Source of the DNA: Dehalococcoidales bacterium
GTDB taxonomy: Bacteria; Chloroflexota; Dehalococcoidia; Dehalococcoidales; RBG-16-60-22
Length of the DNA stretch: 64,000 nucleotides
Assembly (NCBI GenBank): GCA_034414775.1
Contig: DAOULX010000024.1
Span: 24,559-88,558 of the forward strand
Direction of reading: 5' to 3'
Part shown: one piece after another, positions 58,360-64,000 of the stretch
How the letters are laid out: each line of letters starts with the position of its first letter
Numbering within the stretch: position 1 is the stretch's first letter
Notes under the pieces: generated by a model
Database searches by the model: none
What the model was told of the DNA's origin: nothing
Seen by the model: the letters and a program-made list of their open reading frames with translations, nothing else
Program-made: the position numbers and the translations under genes

Positions 58360-59494
58360 CCTGACCGAGGAACAGAAAATACTACAGGCAATGGTTCGGG
58401 AATTCGCCGACCGGGAGCTGGTACCGGCGGCCGGACGCATCGACGAGAACGGGGAGTTCCCGGAGGTGGAGCTGAAAAAGATGGCCGGGCTGGGGCTGTT
58501 CGGCCTGACAATACCGAAGAAATATGGCGGGGGCGGGCGGGGAAAGGTGGAACTTTGTCTGACGATAGAAGAACTGGCGCGGGCCTCCGCCGCCGTGGAC
58601 GACTACCTGCGGGTCAGCCTGTCCCTGGCTGTCGTTCCTATTATCGAGTTCGGTAGCGAGGTCCAGAAAAAGAAATACCTGCCGCCACACGCCAGCGGCG
58701 AAAAAATGGCCTGTTTCGCTCTCACTGAAGCCGGTGCCGGTAGCGACCCCGCCGGAATGGAGACCACCGCGACACGCCGCGGAGAAGGCTATGTTATTAA
58801 CGGCAACAAGCTCTTTATCAGTATTGGCGACCGGGCCGATATCGTAGTGGTCTTCGCTTCGACGGACCGGTCCCAACGGCAGCGCGGCATTTCCGCTTTC
58901 ATCGTTGACAGGGACAATCCGGGACTTACCGTAGGTAAAGCCGAGAAGAAGATGGGGCTGCACGGCTTCAACTCCATCGAGCTAATCTTTGAGGATTGCT
59001 TTGTACCACTGGAGGGACGTATCGGGGAGGAGGGACAGGGGCTCCACATTGCCCTCGACGCTCTAGACGTATCCCGGGTGACCGTCGGCGCCGAGGCCGT
59101 CGGGATTTCCCGGGCGGCCTACGAAGCGGCCCTGAGCTATGCCAAAGAGCGGCGGCAGTTCGGCCAGCCCATCGCCGGTTTTCAGGCCATCCAGTGGATG
59201 CTGGCGGACATGGCCACACGCATCGATGCCGCCCGTTTGCTTACCTACCGGGCGGCTTTTCTGGCCGACCAGGGCCGGCCGTTTATCAAGGAAGCGGCCA
59301 TGGCCAAGGTCTACGGCTCTGAGGTCGCCGGCTCCGTAACCAGCCAGGCCCTGCAAATACACGGAGGTTATGGTTATACCCGCGACTACCCCGTGGAGCG
59401 CTACTTCCGCGACGCTAAGATAACGGAGATTTACGAAGGCACCTCGGAGATTATGCGGCTGACCATCGCCCGAAGTCTTTTAAGGGAGGATTAA
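58349..59494 (+). CDS. Acyl-CoA dehydrogenase (short-chain/butyryl-CoA type)
   Basis: [39 protein letters not shown]. Confidence 0.95.
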   Translation: MDFDLTEEQKILQAMVREFADRELVPAAGRIDENGEFPEVELKKMAGLGLFGLTIPKKYGGGGRGKVELCLTIEELARASAAVDDYLRVSLSLAVVPIIEFGSEVQKKKYLPPHASGEKMACFALTEAGAGSDPAGMETTATRRGEGYVINGNKLFISIGDRADIVVVFASTDRSQRQRGISAFIVDRDNPGLTVGKAEKKMGLHGFNSIELIFEDCFVPLEGRIGEEGQGLHIALDALDVSRVTVGAEAVGISRAAYEAALSYAKERRQFGQPIAGFQAIQWMLADMATRIDAARLLTYRAAFLADQGRPFIKEAAMAKVYGSEVAGSVTSQALQIHGGYGYTRDYPVERYFRDAKITEIYEGTSEIMRLTIARSLLRED

Positions 59495-59502
59495 TCTCAA
59501 TT

Positions 59503-59946
59503 GTGAAAGCTCTGGTAGTTTATGACACTCTTTATGGTAATACAGAACAAATCGCCCGGGCTATCGCCGGGGCTGTGGCTCCCGATACAAAGATATTGCG
59601 CATGGCGGAAGCTGGCCCGGCGGATCTGGAGGGTATCGAGGCACTGTTGGTGGGTTCACCGACCCAGGGCGGACGGGCGACCAAGGCCACACAGGAGTTC
59701 CTCGATAGAATTCCGGCTGGTTCTCTGAAAAATGTGCGGGTAGCCCCGTTCGATACCAGGTTGAAGACCAAGCTGGTGAAGATCTTTGGCTACGCGGCCG
59801 GGCGCATCGAGAAGGCTTTGATAGACAAGGGAGGCATACTGGCGGGACCCGCCGGATTATTCTTTGTCAAGGGCACCAAGGGTCCCCTCGAGGAAGGTGA
59901 GGAGGAGCGGGCGGCTGCCTGGGCCAAAGGGATTGTGGGGGATTAG
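59503..59946 (+). CDS. Flavodoxin-family protein
   Basis: YDTLYGNTE, GSPTQG, FDTR. Confidence 0.9.
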   Translation: MKALVVYDTLYGNTEQIARAIAGAVAPDTKILRMAEAGPADLEGIEALLVGSPTQGGRATKATQEFLDRIPAGSLKNVRVAPFDTRLKTKLVKIFGYAAGRIEKALIDKGGILAGPAGLFFVKGTKGPLEEGEEERAAAWAKGIVGD

Positions 59947-60353
59947 TCCGCCAGGCTGAAAACCGGCCGGGCGCCTTCACCGGCGGAGTACTTGTCCCCG
60001 GGGAAGACCTTGCTGCCCATATTGACCTTTTTACCGACCAGCTCCATAGAGGCCTCTTTGGGGTCGGTGCCTTCCAGGTTACCCATGATCCAGGGGCCAT
60101 CGTCCAGTGCCACCATTACGATGACGTAGGGCACTTCGTCTTCGCGTCCCTCGGAGGCAACGAAGACGGTTGTAAAGGTGCGAATCTTGCCAGTGCCCTT
60201 CAGTTGAATGACTTCCAGTTCCGGGCTGGAGCATTTATAGCAGACCATTTTCGGGGGCACCGTGATGGCCCCACAGGCCCGGCACTTCAGGCCGAGCAGA
60301 CGGTTCTCCTTGAGGGCCTCGTTATATTCCTTGAACTTGAGTTTATATTCCAT
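59943..60353 (-). CDS. Zn-ribbon/OB-fold protein (DUF35 family), thiolase partner
   Basis: CRACG..PP..CYKC, PY..V.LDDG; follows the thiolase gene. Confidence 0.9.
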   Translation of the reverse strand: MEYKLKFKEYNEALKENRLLGLKCRACGAITVPPKMVCYKCSSPELEVIQLKGTGKIRTFTTVFVASEGREDEVPYVIVMVALDDGPWIMGNLEGTDPKEASMELVGKKVNMGSKVFPGDKYSAGEGARPVFSLAD

Positions 60354-60376
60354 AAGTAGCCTCCACCTTTATTCAT

Positions 60377-60491
60377 GTCATTCTGAGGGAGCCCTTCGGC
60401 TTCGCTCAGGGTAAACTAGGCGACCGAAGAATCTCGGGGCGGTAGTATTGTTCCACTCCCAACCGATATCCTTCGCTTCGCTCAGGATGAC
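60377..60491. repeat. REP-like palindromic repeat, family A, with nested CCCTTCGGCTTCGCTCAGGG unit
   Basis: Left arm interrupted by the insert; right arm gatatccttcgcttcgctcaggatgac. Confidence 0.8.
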
Positions 60492-60499
60492 ATAATAGT

Positions 60500-61687
60500 C
60501 TACCAGCCCCGCTGGAAGACCATGTTCACCAGTGTGCCGCCGTCCCCACCGAGTGTATCCGTCAGGCCAATCTTGGCGTCCGGCACCTGGCGTTCCGGCT
60601 CCACCTCGCCTCTCAACTGCTTGACTACCTCGTAGACCTGCCCCGCCCCGGTCGCCCCGATGGGGTGCCCCTTGCTCTTCAATCCGCCGGAGGGATTAAT
60701 GGCCACCTTGCCGCCGATATCCGCCTCCCCCTTTTCCCAGGCCTCACCGGCCTTGCCGTAGTCGAAGAAGCCCAGGCTCTCGGCGGCAATCAGGCTGGCG
60801 ATGCTGAAACAGTCGTGAAGTTCGCAGACGTCGATATCCTCCGGTGTTATACCGGCCATGTCATAGGCACGCTTCGAGGATATCTCGCGGGCGTAGATCC
60901 GCGGCAGGTAGTCCTCCTGGTTGCAGAGCGGGCCGCTGGAGGACTGACCGGTGCCGGTGATATAGACGGGTTTGTTAGTTAGCTTTTTCGCTATCTCTTC
61001 TGAGGCCAGCACCACCGCGGCGGCGCCGTCCGAGAACGGGCAGCAATCGTGCAGGGTCAGCGGCGTGGCCACGACGAAGCTGCCCAACACTTTCTCGACG
61101 CTCATTTCAGCGTTTTTGCCGAAGAACTGCGCCTTGGGGTTAATGGAACCGTGCTTATAGGACTGTATGGAGACCCGGGCCATTTGCTCGCGCAGTTTCT
61201 GGAGAGGAACGTCGTATTTGTCCGCGTAAAGGTGGGTTAGCAAGGCGAAAACGGCCGGGAAGGTGATGCCGGCCGGGTACTCGTAGCGGGCGTCGCTGAA
61301 CATTGCGAAGGTACGCGTCGCCAGGCCGGTGCCCATGGTGGCCGCCCTCTCGACGCCGCCGGCCAGCACGATATCGTAGTATCCCGAGGCCACCCACATG
61401 AAGGCGTCCCGGACGGCCATGCTGGCCGAGGCGCAGGCTCCTTCGTAGCGGTTGGCGGGAACGCCCTGGCAGCCGATATTTTCACCGGCGAAGGACTGTA
61501 CCATGCCCTGGCCCTCGGAGAAATCGCCCAGCACGTTGCCGACGTAGAGCGCCTGGATGTCCTTGGGCTTAATATTGGACTCCGTAATGGCCTCCATTGC
61601 AGCTTCGGCGAAGAGCTCGACCTCTGTACTGTTCTGCGGGCCGCTGAAACGCGTCTCGCCCACGCCGACCACAGCTACTTTTCTCAT
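60500..61687 (-). CDS. Thiolase, SCP-x/archaeal type
   Basis: EGACASA, ELHDCF, NPSGGLKSKGHPIGATG. Confidence 0.93.
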   Translation of the reverse strand: MRKVAVVGVGETRFSGPQNSTEVELFAEAAMEAITESNIKPKDIQALYVGNVLGDFSEGQGMVQSFAGENIGCQGVPANRYEGACASASMAVRDAFMWVASGYYDIVLAGGVERAATMGTGLATRTFAMFSDARYEYPAGITFPAVFALLTHLYADKYDVPLQKLREQMARVSIQSYKHGSINPKAQFFGKNAEMSVEKVLGSFVVATPLTLHDCCPFSDGAAAVVLASEEIAKKLTNKPVYITGTGQSSSGPLCNQEDYLPRIYAREISSKRAYDMAGITPEDIDVCELHDCFSIASLIAAESLGFFDYGKAGEAWEKGEADIGGKVAINPSGGLKSKGHPIGATGAGQVYEVVKQLRGEVEPERQVPDAKIGLTDTLGGDGGTLVNMVFQRGW

Positions 61688-61802
61688 GAATGACCTCCAG
61701 TTTGGATGAGTGTTTACCGTACTATACCGGTTTCAGATTAGCTTGTTTTTGAGTCGGCTGTCAACTTGACTTAAGTTTTCAAAAAAAGGGTCGCCAGACC
61801 TC

Positions 61803-61830
61803 TTGACAAAAAGGAAAAAGGTTGTATAAT
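61803..61830 (+). promoter_or_regulatory. sigma70 promoter of the padR-methyltransferase operon
   Basis: TTGACA-16 nt-TATAAT. Confidence 0.75.
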
Positions 61831-61835
61831 AATAA

Positions 61836-61849
61836 CTAGATATATCTAG
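61836..61849. promoter_or_regulatory. Palindromic operator candidate for PadR
   Basis: Perfect CTAGATA|TATCTAG just after the -10 box. Confidence 0.6.
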
Positions 61850-61890
61850 ATGTTATTAGATATGTTTAAAAATGAATTCAGGAGACAGAT

Positions 61891-62403
61891 ATGTTTAGAG
61901 ATCATGGATTCAAGAGAGAGCGGTTCTTCCGGGGTCCCCGGCGGGGAAGCTCCTTTCAAAAGGGGGACCTGAAATACATTCTGTTGGACCTCATCAAAGA
62001 TAGACCGAGGCACGGATACGATGTTATTCTCGAGCTCGATGAGCAATCACACGGGTTGTACAAGCCAAGCCCCGGCGTTATCTACCCTACCCTTCAGATG
62101 CTGGAGGAAATGGGTTATACCACCTCCACCGAGCAGGAAGGGAAGCGGGTATATGCAATTACCGATGCGGGGCTTAAATTCCTTTCCGAGAAGAAAGACA
62201 TCGCCGATGGCGTGCGGCGCCAGGTGAAACACCGGTGGAGTTTCAAGAACATCGGCAGGATGGCCCTGGTGATGAAGGAGTACCACGCTCTGGAAAACCT
62301 GCTTGGTAGGGGCTTTCGTAGCCTGGATGCCGAAAAGACGGAGAAGATTCGTGACATTCTCTACCGGGCCTATCGGGACATCGAGTCCGTTCTTCAGGAA
62401 TAG
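61891..62403 (+). CDS. PadR-family transcriptional regulator
   Basis: GDLKYILL..RHGYDVI, PSPGVIYPTL..LEE.G, KRVYAITDAG. Confidence 0.93.
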   Translation: MFRDHGFKRERFFRGPRRGSSFQKGDLKYILLDLIKDRPRHGYDVILELDEQSHGLYKPSPGVIYPTLQMLEEMGYTTSTEQEGKRVYAITDAGLKFLSEKKDIADGVRRQVKHRWSFKNIGRMALVMKEYHALENLLGRGFRSLDAEKTEKIRDILYRAYRDIESVLQE

Positions 62404-62448
62404 CCATCCGGGAAACCGGATTAGATCAACCGGGCAAGGAGGTAAGAA

Positions 62449-63099
62449 ATGGCCAAGGCACGTGTTGCGGAAACGGACAATGGTATCACTGGCGAATTTG
62501 ACACACTCGCCTATGATAAAATGATGCGCCGCTTGAGAGATAGAGGCTGGCTGGAAACAGAGCTGCTCATCAAGAACGGTATTACCTCCGGGCAAGCTTT
62601 GGAAGTGGGTCCCGGCCCCGGCTACCTCGGGCTGGAGTGGCTGAAAAGGACATCAGGCACCCGCCTGAAGGGGCTTGACATCAGCGAGGACATGCTGGTT
62701 ATTGCCAGGAAAAACGCCGCGGAGTACGGCGTTCCCGGCAGGTTCAAGTATATTGCCGGGGACGCCCGGCAGATGCCCTTTGAGGACGGTCACTTCGATG
62801 CTGTTTTTACCAACGGTTCCCTGCACGAGTGGGCACACCCTGAAGGAGTACTGAACGAGATAGCCCGCGTACTCAAGCCCGGCGGCAAATACATTATCAG
62901 TGACTTGCGGCGGGACTGTTTAGTCCCGTTAAAGTGGTTTCTCTGGGTGATGGCGGGTCCCAAGGCGATGCGCCAGGGGCTGATTACCTCCTTCAATGCC
63001 GCCTATACCGTACCCGAAATAGAAGCGTTGCTGAAGCTAACGGCGCTCCGGGGGTGGCAAGTGAGTCAGAATTTCCTGGGTTTGTTAGTCTCCGGATAA
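62449..63099 (+). CDS. Class I SAM-dependent methyltransferase
   Basis: LEVGPGPG, GLDISEDML, GDARQMPF, RVLKPGG. Confidence 0.92.
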   Translation: MAKARVAETDNGITGEFDTLAYDKMMRRLRDRGWLETELLIKNGITSGQALEVGPGPGYLGLEWLKRTSGTRLKGLDISEDMLVIARKNAAEYGVPGRFKYIAGDARQMPFEDGHFDAVFTNGSLHEWAHPEGVLNEIARVLKPGGKYIISDLRRDCLVPLKWFLWVMAGPKAMRQGLITSFNAAYTVPEIEALLKLTALRGWQVSQNFLGLLVSG

Positions 63100-63160
63100 A
63101 AACCTCAGAGCTAGCGTTCATTCGGCGGTGTTTTTCGATCGGCCCAAAGGCTCCAGTATC

Positions 63161-63676
63161 CTAACGCAGCCGCATGACGGCCATCCAGACCCCCACCCCC
63201 ACGCTTACCAGGCCGAGTACGATGGGCCAGAAGTCGAAGGAGATGCTCCCGAAGGTGAAGATGTTGACCAGGTAGGCTATGGCTACTCCCACCCCACCGA
63301 TCACCGCCAGCCAGCGGCCCCGCTTGTGGTTGACCGACAGGCCGACAACCTCCCCGATGGCGTAGCCAACCCCCGCCGCCAGAGCCAAGCTCAACAAGAA
63401 GAAGCCAAAAAAAGCGCTGACAAAAGCGCCGAGGATACCCCAGACGATACCGGTTACCACCGCCATGCCCAGCGCTGCCCCGATGGCCCGCAGATAATAG
63501 ACGCCGGAGACCTGGAAGGTCGGCAGCTTGTAGAGTCCGGCGCATTTGGGGCACCTGGCCCCAACCGGCGTCTGCACCATACACCTGGGGCATATCGGTG
63601 TGCCGCAGCGCCCGCAGCGGAGCGCCGTCTCGACATCCGGGTGCCGGGCGCATCTCACCACTTCCGATTGGCTCAT
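63161..63676 (-). CDS. B-box-type zinc-finger membrane protein
   Basis: CARHP..LRCGRC..ICPRC..CPKC, then hydrophobic helices. Confidence 0.8.
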   Translation of the reverse strand: MSQSEVVRCARHPDVETALRCGRCGTPICPRCMVQTPVGARCPKCAGLYKLPTFQVSGVYYLRAIGAALGMAVVTGIVWGILGAFVSAFFGFFLLSLALAAGVGYAIGEVVGLSVNHKRGRWLAVIGGVGVAIAYLVNIFTFGSISFDFWPIVLGLVSVGVGVWMAVMRLR

Positions 63677-64000
63677 GGTATCGGTTCTTTCTTTTTAATA
63701 TGTTTTCGCTGCATCCAGGCCTTTTTATCGGCGATATCACGGTCTAAAAGCAGGCGGTTCAGCAGGAGCCGGCCCATGCCGATTTCCCGTTTTTCGGGGG
63801 ACTTTTGGGCGGTGAGTCGCTTGACAACGACGATCAGAAATATGGCGAAGTAGGTCAAGGCAACCGCGTTCTCTTCGCCGAATAGCCAGCTTGTCAGCGG
63901 CAGGGAGGCGGCCCCTAAGAGAACCGGTACGGCCGACGCGAGAAAAATGATGGTTACCAGCACGGCGAATCCCACGGCGATGACCGACGGCCAAGGAGAT
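63673..64000 (-). CDS. C-terminal part of a membrane protein, possibly glycerol-3-phosphate acyltransferase PlsY
   Basis: Hydrophobic helices ending KRLTA..LLNRLLLDRDI; partial at the window edge. Confidence 0.45.
   Translation of the reverse strand, partial: SPWPSVIAVGFAVLVTIIFLASAVPVLLGAASLPLTSWLFGEENAVALTYFAIFLIVVVKRLTAQKSPEKREIGMGRLLLNRLLLDRDIADKKAWMQRKHIKKKEPIP

Noticed and set aside
2585-60491. Repeats as a CRISPR array or IS elements
   Set aside because: Copies are dispersed, not tandem with spacers; no cas or transposase genes are present
220-63994. Numerous long antisense or alternate-frame ORFs in the track (e.g. 220-831, 12786-13814, 20863-22530, 33715-35040, 41584-43023, 56166-57467)
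   Set aside because: They overlap well-supported genes and lack motifs; such shadow ORFs are expected in GC-rich DNA
1-64000. tRNA, rRNA, prophage or integrase genes
   Set aside because: No cloverleaf, rRNA signature, phage structural gene or recombinase was recognised by eye; tRNAscan-SE or Infernal would confirm

Overview
Bacterial chromosome segment of about 55-60% GC (estimated by eye). Gene content and order resemble Dehalococcoidia (Chloroflexota); this placement is an inference. No rRNA, tRNA, CRISPR array, prophage or transposase was recognised. Main blocks: (1) iscS-iscU-zinc ribbon-DsrE-TusA-hemerythrin sulfur/Fe-S operon; (2) a 14-kb nitrogen-assimilation cluster with a split archaeal-type glutamate synthase, an Fe-S/FAD electron-supply module, a GlnR-like regulator, two tandem amt genes, P-II, glnA, nadE and NrpR, plus candidate GlnR boxes and a candidate NrpR operator; (3) a class III nucleotide cyclase / GAF-HD-GYP / class II phosphodiesterase trio; (4) a selenocysteine formate dehydrogenase (in-frame UGA plus SECIS) that the ORF track splits in two; (5) oppDF behind an oppC remnant; (6) a Lut/Glc-type 2-hydroxyacid oxidation and fumarase cluster; (7) nurA/HAS-barrel/herA interrupted by an insertion; (8) secDF, a CCA-type nucleotidyltransferase and an acyl-CoA metabolism cluster. 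About ten REP-like palindromic repeats lie between genes. A few local lesions (herA junction, meaB amber codon, fadD substitutions) may be assembly errors.
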